DNA of 64,000 nt from Candidatus Krumholzibacteriota bacterium (GTDB lineage: Bacteria; Krumholzibacteriota; Krumholzibacteriia; JAJRXK01), in assembly GCA_963727455.1 (NCBI GenBank), contig CAVSGG010000004.1, positions 1-64,000 on the forward strand, written 5' to 3'. A program made the position numbers and the translations under genes. The notes beneath the pieces were generated by a model. The model did no database searches and was not told the DNA's origin. It saw only the letters and a program-made list of their open reading frames with translations. Positions 40,875-50,444 of this stretch are shown here, in pieces; positions within the stretch are counted from its first letter, which is position 1, and each line of letters opens with the position of its first letter.

Positions 40875-42152
40875 CTACTCGCGCCCGCGGGAGACGGCGC
40901 TCATCACCTTGCGCACGAGTGCCACGATATCCTCTTCTTTGAGCAGGCGGGGAGACTTCTTGGCTTCGGTGAGGACCGCCTGCACCACTTCGGGGCCATA
41001 GGGCAGGCCACGACTCTTCAGGTAGTGGATGACGTTCGAGTTACCAGACATGTGGCCCACTTCGATCTCTTGGCTGCGTCCGATCCAGCTCGCGGGTACC
41101 CCCGAATACACGCGATCGGCGAGCCATGCGTCGCCCTTGGCCTGGGCCTTGACGACTGCGGAAGCATGGACGCCGGTGGCGGTACGGAAGGCGTCGCGCC
41201 CCAGAATGGGCGCGTTCGCGGGGATGGGCACCCCGGTTCCCTTGGAGACCAGCTCGGCATACTCGGGCAGGCGGGAGAGGTCGTCGTCGCGCAGGCCCAG
41301 AAGCTTCAGATTCACCAGAAGTTGCTCGATGGGGGTGTTGCCCACCCGCTCGCCGATCCCGAGCATGGTCCCGTGGACACGAGTCGCGCCGGCTTGGATC
41401 GCGGCCAGAGTATTGGAGAGATCGAGTCCGCGATCACGGTGACCGTGCCAGTCGATGCCGACCTCGGCTCCCAGTTCGTCGATGAGCTTGCGCGTCCAGG
41501 CAACGAGGTTCATGACTCCTTCGGGAACGCCCGCGCCCACCGTGTCACAGAGGCAGACTCTTTTCGCTCCGGCGTCGATTGCGGCCGTCAGCAACAAACG
41601 CAGGTGCTCAGGCGAAGAACGGATGGTGTCCTCGGTGACGTACATCACATCGAGTCCCTCGGACACACCGAAGCTCACCGCCTCACTGGTGTGGCGCAGC
41701 AATTGATCGAGTTGCCAATTCTCGGTGTACTGCCGAATGGGACTACTGCCGATGAAAACGCAGGCCTCGATTCCGACTCCCACGCGCTGGGAGATTTCCG
41801 CCATGGGTTGGATGTCGGCCATCACGGTGCGACCCGCGCAATTGGGCCGGATGGAAAGCCCGTGATCGACGATCTCGCGGCAAAGCCGCATGACTGCGTT
41901 CCATTGGCGTTCGCCGGCGCCGGGGAGGCCGAGGTCGGCGGTTTCGATGCCCAAGCTGTCCATGATGTGTAGAAGTTCCACCTTCAGCTCGACCTCGGGA
42001 TCGATGACCGAGGGACACTGAAGGCCGTCGCGCAGGGTCTCGTCGTCGATCATGACGTGATCCATCTTCGCGAAGCGATTGGGGCCTGCCTGCTCCCAGT
42101 CGAAGATCAACTCATCGATGGAGGGATGCGGAAGCTTGGAAGATTCGCTCAC
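40875..42152 (-). CDS. LeuA-family DRE-TIM Claisen-condensing synthase, short form without regulatory domain
   Basis: DETLRDGLQ, CLCDTVG, HGHRDRG, GIGERVGN, GVHA. Confidence 0.85.
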   Translation of the reverse strand: MSESSKLPHPSIDELIFDWEQAGPNRFAKMDHVMIDDETLRDGLQCPSVIDPEVELKVELLHIMDSLGIETADLGLPGAGERQWNAVMRLCREIVDHGLSIRPNCAGRTVMADIQPMAEISQRVGVGIEACVFIGSSPIRQYTENWQLDQLLRHTSEAVSFGVSEGLDVMYVTEDTIRSSPEHLRLLLTAAIDAGAKRVCLCDTVGAGVPEGVMNLVAWTRKLIDELGAEVGIDWHGHRDRGLDLSNTLAAIQAGATRVHGTMLGIGERVGNTPIEQLLVNLKLLGLRDDDLSRLPEYAELVSKGTGVPIPANAPILGRDAFRTATGVHASAVVKAQAKGDAWLADRVYSGVPASWIGRSQEIEVGHMSGNSNVIHYLKSRGLPYGPEVVQAVLTEAKKSPRLLKEEDIVALVRKVMSAVSRGRE

Positions 42153-42156
42153 GGAT

Positions 42157-42864
42157 TCACTCCACCGAATCGAGTGTGCCAAAGCCGGCTGCGCGCTCCA
42201 GAAGCTCGCGAGCTTCTTCCTCTTTTCCTTCGGCGAGACGAATCTGGGCCAGATGGTAGAGACTGCTTACCTCTCCAACTGCCTCGTCGATGCTCTGTTG
42301 AAAAGCCTGCGCGGCCGACTTGCGGTCGTTCTTGCGCTCGTGGACGATGCCGATGTGATAGCGGGCCATGAGGTACTCCGGAGTGAGCGAAGAGGCGATC
42401 TCGTAGTGCTCGAGGGCCGCGTCGATGTCACCGGCGTGAAAGAGCGCGATACCTAAACGGTAGTGGGCGGCGTTGTAGTGCGGGTCGATGCTCAGACACT
42501 TCTGGAAGGCTCGAATGGCCTCCTTCATGTTCCCGTGATGGTACCAGGCTACTCCCAGATCGTAGATGCACTGAAGAAAATGAGGCGCCTTCCTCAGGGC
42601 GCAACGATAGCACTGGATTGCTTTTTCCAGGGTGCCCTGATGAAAGTAGAGACTGCCCAGGAGGTGGTTGGCAAGTACATGATCAGGGTTGTCCTCGATC
42701 AGGCGCTCCATGGCGCGACGCGCCTCTTTGTCGTTTCCCTCGCTCTGCTGTTGCAATGCGAAGAGCAGTTTGTGATCGACGTATGCGTCGCGCAGGAACG
42801 CCCCACACTCGCTGCAGAAGTTGTCCTGACCTCCGCCCACATGACCGCAACGTGTACACCGCAT
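42157..42864 (-). CDS. Zinc-ribbon + TPR repeat protein
   Basis: CTRCG...FCSECG followed by tandem TPR motifs; AAGGAG SD. Confidence 0.85.
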   Translation of the reverse strand: MRCTRCGHVGGGQDNFCSECGAFLRDAYVDHKLLFALQQQSEGNDKEARRAMERLIEDNPDHVLANHLLGSLYFHQGTLEKAIQCYRCALRKAPHFLQCIYDLGVAWYHHGNMKEAIRAFQKCLSIDPHYNAAHYRLGIALFHAGDIDAALEHYEIASSLTPEYLMARYHIGIVHERKNDRKSAAQAFQQSIDEAVGEVSSLYHLAQIRLAEGKEEEARELLERAAGFGTLDSVE

Positions 42865-43007
42865 TTGATTCTCCTTGTAGGGGCGAGCCCCTGCCTCGAC
42901 TTCGAATTCACGACAATATAGCGACCCTATCGGAAAACCGACCACATTGGCGGCGATTTCTCGGAAGAGCTGAAACCAGCGATCTCCTTCCGTATCGCCG
43001 CGGGGTC

Positions 43008-43823
43008 CTAGAAATACTGACCGCCGTCGACGCGCAGGATCTGGCCCGTGACGTGGGCGCCTCCGTCTCCGAGCAGAAAATGCACGGCGCGGGCGATGTC
43101 GACGGGCTCGGCAAGCCGCCCCAGCAGTACCTCCCGCAGCGCCTCCTCCTTGACGCTCTCGGGAAGATCACGCGTCATGCTAGTGTTGACCATCCCGGGT
43201 TCCACCACGTTCACGCGGATATGAAACCGCGCGCACTCTCGCGCCGCGCTCTTGGCCAGTCCGAGCAGGCCCGCTTTGCTCGCCGCATACGCGGTCTGTC
43301 CAAATTTTCCGCGCGAACCGTTGATGGATCCGATGAGGACGATACTGCCGCGTTCGGCTCGCCGCATGACAGGCACCGAGTGTCTGAGCAAGAGAAAGGC
43401 GCTCTTCAGATTGACTCTGTGTACCGTGTCCCAATCGTCTTCGGAGAGTTTCCAGAGCACTCCATCGCGAGCGATGCCCGCCGCATGCACGATGAAATCC
43501 AGGCGGCCGTACTCTTGCACGGTGGAAAGAACCGCGCGTTCAACGTCATGGTCAACGCTCACGTCTCCCTTCATCCAATCGAGCCTGGAGTCGGGAGGAT
43601 CCAGCAGGTCGAAACCCACTACGCGCGCGCCATGGCCGAGAAGCTCGGCCATGATGGCCTTGCCGATTCCTCCGGCCGCGCCGCTCACGATCGCGACCCG
43701 ACCCTCCATCTCCCGGGAATAGGCGGGGGAAAAATGGGCCTCGCGAATTTTGGGGGATGAAGGAGAGTTCGAAGACCTGGCCGCGTGCATGCTTCCCCCG
43801 AGTTCGATGGAGCAGTGGATCAA
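43008..43823 (-). CDS. Short-chain dehydrogenase (FabG-like); last gene of the bcr cluster
   Basis: SGAAGGIG, AGIARD, YAASK, VTGQILRVDGG; start uncertain (43823, 43790 or 43709). Confidence 0.88.
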   Translation of the reverse strand: MIHCSIELGGSMHAARSSNSPSSPKIREAHFSPAYSREMEGRVAIVSGAAGGIGKAIMAELLGHGARVVGFDLLDPPDSRLDWMKGDVSVDHDVERAVLSTVQEYGRLDFIVHAAGIARDGVLWKLSEDDWDTVHRVNLKSAFLLLRHSVPVMRRAERGSIVLIGSINGSRGKFGQTAYAASKAGLLGLAKSAARECARFHIRVNVVEPGMVNTSMTRDLPESVKEEALREVLLGRLAEPVDIARAVHFLLGDGGAHVTGQILRVDGGQYF

Positions 43824-44734
43824 TCCAGGCGTTCGCCGCCCGGAGCGTTTGCCGCGCGCTCACGCTGAAGTAGAACACGGTGCCGATAACCGCTCCACAG
43901 GGCGGCACCAAGCGCTCCGGCGTGCATCGAAAGTTCGTGCGTGTGAAAACTCATGGGCAGATCGTCCTCGGCTGCTTTCTCCCGCATCGCCTCCACCAAG
44001 CCGGCGTCCGCCGACAGGCCGCCGGTTATCACGATCTTGCCCTCTCCCCCGATTGCGCGCAAGAGTTTGACGTAGCGGCCGGCCATGGAGAGGTGGATAC
44101 CCTTCAGGATATCCTCGGTCTTGATGCCGCTGCTGACCATATTGATGACGTCGGTCTCCGCCAATACCGCGCACACACTACTCACCGATTCGGGCGTACT
44201 CGCGCGCTGCGACAGCTCTCCCACCTCATCGAGGGTGACGCCCAAATAACGCGCCACGTTTTCCAGGAACTGTCCCGAACCGGACGCGCACTGGCTCGTC
44301 ATGCGGTTGGCGAGGACGCGGCTTTGGCTGTCGACCCGCATGGCGCGCGCGTGGAGGGAACCTAAATCCAAGACTGCCTTTGCTCCGGGAAACAGGAAGG
44401 TCGCACCGCGGGCGTGAGTGGTCATGCCGTAGAAGTGTCCGCGGCGGAACTCCACCAGCTCCCCTTCGCCAGTGCTGGCGACGTAGGCCACCTCCGCCGG
44501 GCCCAGCCCTGCCTCATCCAGGGCCATCGTCCAACTCTGATCCACCACCTCGCGAAGGTCCCGGCGGCGGATGCGATCGTGGCGGTAGGAGAGAATCTCA
44601 ACCTCGGACGATCCAAGCGAACGGCTGATCGATTCGGGATGTGGGAATGCCACGATCACCGTCTTCACGGAGCTCGTTCCCACGTCCACACCGGCCGTGA
44701 TGAGAGTGTCAGTTGCGCTTGAACTCGTGGGCAT
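43820..44734 (-). CDS. bcrD: Benzoyl-CoA reductase subunit D (ASKHA ATPase)
   Basis: GVDVGT, YVASTGEGE, GHFYGMTTHARG, MTSQCASGSGQFLEN, VCAVLAETD. Confidence 0.93.
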   Translation of the reverse strand: MPTSSSATDTLITAGVDVGTSSVKTVIVAFPHPESISRSLGSSEVEILSYRHDRIRRRDLREVVDQSWTMALDEAGLGPAEVAYVASTGEGELVEFRRGHFYGMTTHARGATFLFPGAKAVLDLGSLHARAMRVDSQSRVLANRMTSQCASGSGQFLENVARYLGVTLDEVGELSQRASTPESVSSVCAVLAETDVINMVSSGIKTEDILKGIHLSMAGRYVKLLRAIGGEGKIVITGGLSADAGLVEAMREKAAEDDLPMSFHTHELSMHAGALGAALWSGYRHRVLLQRERAANAPGGERLD

Positions 44735-46064
44735 CACGTCCCCCCTTCTTCGCGAAGAGCGCGGCACCGAGGGCGCCAGTGTAGATGGAGTCGGGTGAAA
44801 TGTTGATCGTGCGCTCGCCGTAGTTCTCCGCGATGAGGCGCTCCACGGCGGCGACCGCGGCGGGATTGCGCGCGACACCGCCGGTAAAGGTAAACTCGTC
44901 GTCGACGCCTCCCGAGCGAGCGAGCAGAGACATTGCTCGCAGAATGATGGCCCGGTGGAGGCCGGCGAGAATGTCCTCGCGACGCTGCCCCATCGACAGC
45001 CGATCGCGAAGCTCCGCCCCGGCGAACACGGTGCAGGTGCTGCTGATCTTCACCTTCTTGCGAGCTTGCTGCGCGAGGGGTCCCAGCTCGTGGAGGCCCA
45101 AGTTCATTTCGTCCGCGATGTAACCCAGGTAGCGACCGCAGCCGGCGGCGCAGCGATCGTTCATCTGAAAGCTGGTTACGATACCGTTTTCGTCGACCTG
45201 GATGGCTTTTGTGTCCTGGCCCCCGATGTCGAGCACGGTTGCGGTCCCGGGAAACATTTCGTGCGCGCCCAGTCCGTGGCAGAGAATTTCGCTGCGAATC
45301 TGCTCGCGAGGGAAGGGAAGGCGCGCGCGCCCGTAGCCGGTGCCAACGGTCGCGATCTCTTCGAGTTGCGCTTGAGCCCCTTCGCTCACGCACGCACGCA
45401 GCTCGGTCTCGATGCGAGGAGTCCACGAGGGATCCTCGGCCAGGCGCGATACGGTCGATGCGAGAGCGGATTGGATGTTCTCGATGAAGCCGGTTTTGCC
45501 GGCGGTGTTTTCCACCGGCAGAATGGCGGCGTCGTACAGGCCGCAGAGCTCCTCGAAGCCGATGCCGTTCTTGGAGGCGTGGTCTTCGGCGAGCTTCATG
45601 TATTCCGCGCCCGCGAGATCGCGAAAGAAGTCACTCTTTCTCTCATGGCCCGGCACGAAGGCCTCTTTCATGCGCACGGCCATTTCGTCGACGATCAAGT
45701 CCACCAGTCTCTCGAGCTCACTCTGGCGATTCTCGTAGCGCGAGGAGCTTGCGGCGCGATGTAACTCCGTTTGCAGTCGTCCCAGCTGCTCGAGGTACTG
45801 TTGGAAGCGAAAGCTCAGTTCGAGGACGGGAAGGACCTTGTCCGTGACCTGCACGAGGGTCTCGTGGTCTCGCACGAACGAGCGCAGCAGCGAGAACCGC
45901 GCCTGAACGATGGCCTCCGAACGGGCAATCGCCGCGGCCACGTCATAATTGCTGCGGCTGTTGGTGATTCCCTTTCCCAGAACCCGCTGATTCTGGTCCA
46001 GAATAACGGCCTTGGTGGTCGTTGAACCCAGATCGATCCCCACGTAGATCTTCCAGCTCTTCAT
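44709..46064 (-). CDS. bcrA: Benzoyl-CoA reductase subunit A (ASKHA ATPase)
   Basis: GIDLGSTTTK, GITNSRSNY, TGYGR, DIGGQDTK, MNDRCAAGCGRYL, STCTVFA; ATGA overlap with bcrB. Confidence 0.94.
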   Translation of the reverse strand: MKSWKIYVGIDLGSTTTKAVILDQNQRVLGKGITNSRSNYDVAAAIARSEAIVQARFSLLRSFVRDHETLVQVTDKVLPVLELSFRFQQYLEQLGRLQTELHRAASSSRYENRQSELERLVDLIVDEMAVRMKEAFVPGHERKSDFFRDLAGAEYMKLAEDHASKNGIGFEELCGLYDAAILPVENTAGKTGFIENIQSALASTVSRLAEDPSWTPRIETELRACVSEGAQAQLEEIATVGTGYGRARLPFPREQIRSEILCHGLGAHEMFPGTATVLDIGGQDTKAIQVDENGIVTSFQMNDRCAAGCGRYLGYIADEMNLGLHELGPLAQQARKKVKISSTCTVFAGAELRDRLSMGQRREDILAGLHRAIILRAMSLLARSGGVDDEFTFTGGVARNPAAVAAVERLIAENYGERTINISPDSIYTGALGAALFAKKGGRDAHEFKRN

Positions 46065-47368
46065 GCGCGCGCCTCCGTGCGTCCCTTTTGCTCGAGCATT
46101 TGCAGATAGCTCTCGATGCGGTTTTTGATGTTCGCGGAGGAGAAATAGCGGGGGTCCACCAGGTCGCTCTCGATGAAGCCGCCGGGCACGCCGGTGCGTT
46201 CCTCGATCTGACGCAGAATCAAAAGTTGACCTGCACTGAAGGAATTGCAGCTCTTCACGCTGTTGATCAAGAAGCCGTGCGCGTTGTATTCGCGCACGTA
46301 GGAGGCCAGAAGGTCCACCCGGGAAGGCAGACCCAAGTTGGTGTAACAGCCCAGGCAGTACTCGGCCAAGCTCTGAAGGGGCCGACTTGGATCGTGGCGA
46401 AAGCCCCGGTCGTAAAGTCCGCCCACCTTGGTGTAGGAGCTTGCGACCACGACCGCGCCCTCGTCGTAGAACATCTTCCAGAACGCGCGGAAACTCGTCC
46501 AGTTGGGCGGACCTTCCACCACCAAGCGGAAGCGCTCGTTCTTCGCCTCGCCCTCGGGGGTGACCGGCCCCTGCTTGCGGCGCAGTCGCTCCTCGATCTC
46601 GCGCCGCAGGGCGGCGTAGTAGTCGACCGCCTCCGGTGTGCCACGGAAGGCAGTGAACATGGGACCAATGTAATAGACGCCACCAAAATAGGCGTCGATC
46701 GGGGAGGGGACGTTCTTGGCGCTCTCGAGTACCCACACCAGATCGTCCTCCGCCCGGGCGGAGAGTTCGAGCATCTCTGCAAGGCGGCCTTCGTCGAACT
46801 TCTTGCCGCTGATCTTCTCGAGCTTGGGAATGACCTCGGTTTTCAGCTGATCGACCACGTACTCGATCTGATGTTCCTGGATCGTGCCGTTGGATTGATA
46901 GGGAACGTGTAGCATGCTGGTCGGTGCGCCATACTCCTCGCGCAGAAGTTCGAACCACTTCATGAAGGTGAAGCAGCCGGTGTAGGAGAGGAGCAAGAGG
47001 TCGGGGTCGGGCAGCTGCGTTCCCGTGGGCGAGATGTTGCCCTTCTTCAGCATGCCCAGATCGCACTTCACGTAGGTGCAGACGTCTTCGGAGTGCCCGG
47101 CCTTCTCGGCTTCGGCGATGTAGCCGGCGGAGAGACCGCGCATCCCGGACTGGAGGGCATTGATTTCCGGCAGCACGGGCAGAAGATCGAAGGAGCGGAT
47201 GAGCTCGGTCAGATTGCCCGGAACGAAGGTGTACACCGACTTGCGGCCCTCTGCTTTGGAGTTCTGCAGGGCAAGATAATGATCGGCGATCATCTTCTTC
47301 TGCAGATCCATGCTGAGGTCTTTTTGAACCGCGGCGCCGCTTGGCCGCTTGGTATCCGCCATCGTCAT
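46061..47368 (-). CDS. bcrB: Benzoyl-CoA reductase subunit B
   Basis: FVPGNLTEL, DVCTYVK, SYTGCFTFMKW, EGPPNWT, KSCNSFSAGQ. Confidence 0.94.
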   Translation of the reverse strand: MTMADTKRPSGAAVQKDLSMDLQKKMIADHYLALQNSKAEGRKSVYTFVPGNLTELIRSFDLLPVLPEINALQSGMRGLSAGYIAEAEKAGHSEDVCTYVKCDLGMLKKGNISPTGTQLPDPDLLLLSYTGCFTFMKWFELLREEYGAPTSMLHVPYQSNGTIQEHQIEYVVDQLKTEVIPKLEKISGKKFDEGRLAEMLELSARAEDDLVWVLESAKNVPSPIDAYFGGVYYIGPMFTAFRGTPEAVDYYAALRREIEERLRRKQGPVTPEGEAKNERFRLVVEGPPNWTSFRAFWKMFYDEGAVVVASSYTKVGGLYDRGFRHDPSRPLQSLAEYCLGCYTNLGLPSRVDLLASYVREYNAHGFLINSVKSCNSFSAGQLLILRQIEERTGVPGGFIESDLVDPRYFSSANIKNRIESYLQMLEQKGRTEARA

Positions 47369-48543
47369 ACTCCCTTCTCGTTCCACAGACGGATGGAATC
47401 GGCGAAGGTCCCGGTCTGCTCGCGAATGACCGCGAATTGGCCCATGTCTTCGGAGTACTTGAACTGGGTGTAGGGAATGCCCTCGCGCTCGAGAGCGGCC
47501 GCGAGCATGGGTTGGTCGAGAAGGGCGGGATCGCAGAAGCTGGGTGCGGCGAGGATCACCCCTTCGGCCATGTTAACGCGCACCGAATTCACCAGCGAGC
47601 GGCCCTTGTCGCCCTCTGGTTCGTAGCGCGAGGCGGTGGAAGCGCTGTGCTCCAGATACGAGTCCACCAGATTCTGCATTGGATCCCCTTCCACGGGGAC
47701 CTCTTCGGTGAGCCAACGCAGCCCCAAGAGCATGTCATCATCCACGATGAAGCAACCGGCGAGTTCGAGCGTCTTGAGCAGGCCGATCGGGGGCTGTTCA
47801 CAGAAAGTCCCCACCACGACCACGCGACTCAAATCCATCTCCACGCGCTCGCTTTCCTGTCGAGCAAGTTCGCGATAAGCGCGCAGGAGAAGCGTGTGCT
47901 CCTCGGGGGGGAGTACATTGCCCGCGCGCACGACCGGATACATCTCGTAGCTGGGATACAGCCAGGGCTCCTTGCTGCGCGCCGCGTAGAGCGCGGCGAG
48001 CTCGCGCCGGTTCTCGTTGTAGACCTCGATGCTGGCACGCAGCGCCTCGTCGCGAATGGTTTGCCCCGCCAATTCTTCGAGTTCGCGCTTCAGCTCTTCT
48101 AGTTCGTGACGCCAGAACAGCCCACCTACCCCAGGAGCGAAATTCTGGGGCACGTCGACATAGCGCACGTAGCGCTCGGGAAACAGCAGCTTCCACATTC
48201 CCGAGAGATTTCGGATCACATCGCAGATGGAGGGGAAGAGCATGCCGTCCAGACAATCGAGGCGCCCGCTCAGGGCGAGTTCGATGGTAGACCGCGGAAT
48301 GTGACAGATGTAACTCTGGAAGAAGGCATCGCCGCGAATGATTTCGAGATCCTCGCCTCCGCCCATGATTCCCACGGGCAGCATTCCGGCCGCATGAATG
48401 ATCTCGCGCGGCACGTAGATCGGAAGATGGCCGATGGCCTTCGCGCCGGGATGTTCTTCCTTCCACTGATGGACCGATGTGAGAGCCAGATCCTCGTGCA
48501 GTCCCGCGGTACGCTTTACGAGTTTGGCCAATTCCCGGTTCAC
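47365..48543 (-). CDS. bcrC: Benzoyl-CoA reductase subunit C
   Basis: GDAFFQSYICHIPRS, FPSICDVIRNLSG, FCEQPP, PSFCDPALL; GTGA overlap with dch. Confidence 0.94.
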   Translation of the reverse strand: MNRELAKLVKRTAGLHEDLALTSVHQWKEEHPGAKAIGHLPIYVPREIIHAAGMLPVGIMGGGEDLEIIRGDAFFQSYICHIPRSTIELALSGRLDCLDGMLFPSICDVIRNLSGMWKLLFPERYVRYVDVPQNFAPGVGGLFWRHELEELKRELEELAGQTIRDEALRASIEVYNENRRELAALYAARSKEPWLYPSYEMYPVVRAGNVLPPEEHTLLLRAYRELARQESERVEMDLSRVVVVGTFCEQPPIGLLKTLELAGCFIVDDDMLLGLRWLTEEVPVEGDPMQNLVDSYLEHSASTASRYEPEGDKGRSLVNSVRVNMAEGVILAAPSFCDPALLDQPMLAAALEREGIPYTQFKYSEDMGQFAVIREQTGTFADSIRLWNEKGV

Positions 48544-49337
48544 AGCTTCATTCCTTGATCGTCGTTCCATCGCGGTGCTCGTTTTTCCAGGAAGGCGCGA
48601 ATGCCCTCCTCCGCATCGGGCTGATCCATCAGTTCCTCGAGGTAGAGATGTTCGAGTTCCGGAAGGTCCTCGTGCACTGCGGTCAGGAGCGCGCGGCGCG
48701 AAGCCTTGCTCGCGTAACGGAGCGCGGGCGCCGAGCGCGGCAGAAACTCGTTCTCGAGCAGGGTCGAGAGGGAGGCGTCGAGCTCACCGTCCGGTGCGAG
48801 CCGAGCGACCAGTCCCGATTTCTGCGCCTCGCTTCCCGTGAGGCTGCGTCCGGTGAGTACCAATTCGAGAGCCCGGCTGGCCCCGATACGGACCGGGAGC
48901 AGTGCTGCGCCGGCGGGGGGAAAGACTCCCAACTTGATTTCGGGGAGCCCCAGGCTGGCGCTCTCTTCGGCCATGAGGAGATCACAGCCCAGTGCGAGTT
49001 CCAGGCCGCCGCCCAGACACTGTCCGCGCACGGCGGCGATGGTGGGCGCGCAGCTGGTGAGAAGCGCGCTCAAGAGGGTTCGCAGGCGATTGAGGGCCTC
49101 GCCGATCTGAGCGGGCAAGTGCTCCTCCACGCTGGCCCCGAAGCTGAAGTGGGGACCGCTAGCTCGGACCACGATGGCTCGCAGTGACCTGTGCTCACGG
49201 AGAGACCTGAGGGCGCTCGTGAGTTCCTCCGTCATGGTCTGATCCAGCACGTTCGCTTTGGGGCTGTTGAGCCAGAGGCTCGCGACTCGGTCGTCGTTCG
49301 AGAACTCGACTCTCACTTTCTTCAGTTCCACGCTCAT
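48540..49337 (-). CDS. dch: Cyclohexa-1,5-dienecarbonyl-CoA hydratase
   Basis: Crotonase fold with PKANVLD, GPHFSFGASVEEH, CLGGGLE, PEIKLGVF; bcr context. Confidence 0.9.
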   Translation of the reverse strand: MSVELKKVRVEFSNDDRVASLWLNSPKANVLDQTMTEELTSALRSLREHRSLRAIVVRASGPHFSFGASVEEHLPAQIGEALNRLRTLLSALLTSCAPTIAAVRGQCLGGGLELALGCDLLMAEESASLGLPEIKLGVFPPAGAALLPVRIGASRALELVLTGRSLTGSEAQKSGLVARLAPDGELDASLSTLLENEFLPRSAPALRYASKASRRALLTAVHEDLPELEHLYLEELMDQPDAEEGIRAFLEKRAPRWNDDQGMKL

Positions 49338-50428
49338 CCCTCCTCGATCCACGGCGCGACCTCGCGCATCAGAGGCTCGCCCCAGCGGGCACCCTCGGCG
49401 AGCCGGCGACGCAGGAGGGGGAAGTCGGCCTCACGCTGATCTCGTGTTCCGTAATGGAAGGCCCGGAAGCCGCAACTGGCTTCGGTCATCATGTTTAAAC
49501 TCAGCCAGGCGCGATTGGTTTCCTTGTTGGAGTTCCAGTGTTCCAACTTGTGTTTCCGTAGACTCTCGATGGTCTTGGTAAGGCAGTCGGGCATGGTATA
49601 CAGGAGGTCCGTGCACAGAGCCTCGATGAGTTCGTCGAGCTTGCTGAGATTCACTTCGCCCTTGGCGAGGAGTTCCTTTCCCTTCGTGCGTTCGTTTCCC
49701 GTCTTGAATTCGCCGTGCACGATGCGGCCGAACTCGTCCAGGTAACGGTCCGTGATCACCAGAGGGTTGGCCACGAACTCACCGTCGACGAGCAGGGCGG
49801 GCGCGATGTCGGTGAGTCCGCCCAAACGATAGAATCGGTGCGCACTCCACGGACGGCACAGAGTTCCGCTCATCATCGCGCTTTCCATGCCCACGAAGAG
49901 CGGCAAGAAATCGGTGCTCCCGCCGTCGGGGGCGGAGCCGTGCTTGGGGCCGGCCTGACTGAATACGGCAAGGTCGCTGGCGACGGTAAAATCACAGGCC
50001 ATGCCGATCTCTTGTCCCCCACCCACTCGCATCCCGTTGGCCCGGCAGATGACGGGCTTGTCGCAGTACAGAATGGCGCTGACCATGTCGTTGAAGAGGC
50101 GCATGTACTGCCGATATTCGCCGGGAGCGTTGGCATAGACTTCGGCGTACTCGCGCGTATTTCCGCCCGAGCAGAAGGCGCGCTTCCCCACTCCGGTGAA
50201 GATCACCGCGACCGCCGCGCGGTCATTGCTTGCGGCACGAAAGGCGAGAATGATCTCCTTAATGCTGTCGGTGGTGTAAGAATTCAGTTCCTCGGGATTG
50301 TTGAGCGAGATCCATACGTTGTGGAGTCCCTGTGCCGGCTTTCCTTCGCGGCTTAGAACCGGTTTGTGTTCATAGAGGATGTGCCTGGGCTGGAAACTCT
50401 CGATGAGATTGTGGTCGTTCATGGTCAT
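49334..50428 (-). CDS. oah: 6-oxocyclohex-1-ene-1-carbonyl-CoA hydrolase
   Basis: NSYTT, FCSGGNTREYAE, GGGQEIG, QAGPKHGSAPDGGSTDFL, NKETNRAWL. Confidence 0.94.
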   Translation of the reverse strand: MTMNDHNLIESFQPRHILYEHKPVLSREGKPAQGLHNVWISLNNPEELNSYTTDSIKEIILAFRAASNDRAAVAVIFTGVGKRAFCSGGNTREYAEVYANAPGEYRQYMRLFNDMVSAILYCDKPVICRANGMRVGGGQEIGMACDFTVASDLAVFSQAGPKHGSAPDGGSTDFLPLFVGMESAMMSGTLCRPWSAHRFYRLGGLTDIAPALLVDGEFVANPLVITDRYLDEFGRIVHGEFKTGNERTKGKELLAKGEVNLSKLDELIEALCTDLLYTMPDCLTKTIESLRKHKLEHWNSNKETNRAWLSLNMMTEASCGFRAFHYGTRDQREADFPLLRRRLAEGARWGEPLMREVAPWIEEG

Positions 50429-50444
50429 CCTTCTCCTGCAGAGG

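Noticed and set aside
40875-43007. TPR and leuA-like genes as members of the bcr operon
   Set aside because: A 143-bp gap with a TATATT -10-like element contrasts with the tight overlaps inside the bcr cluster, and there is no known pathway role.
46065-47066. Apparent 330-aa N-terminal extension of BcrA in the track ORF 44709-47066
   Set aside because: It overlaps bcrB in another frame; the real start is ATG 46064 with an ATGA overlap.
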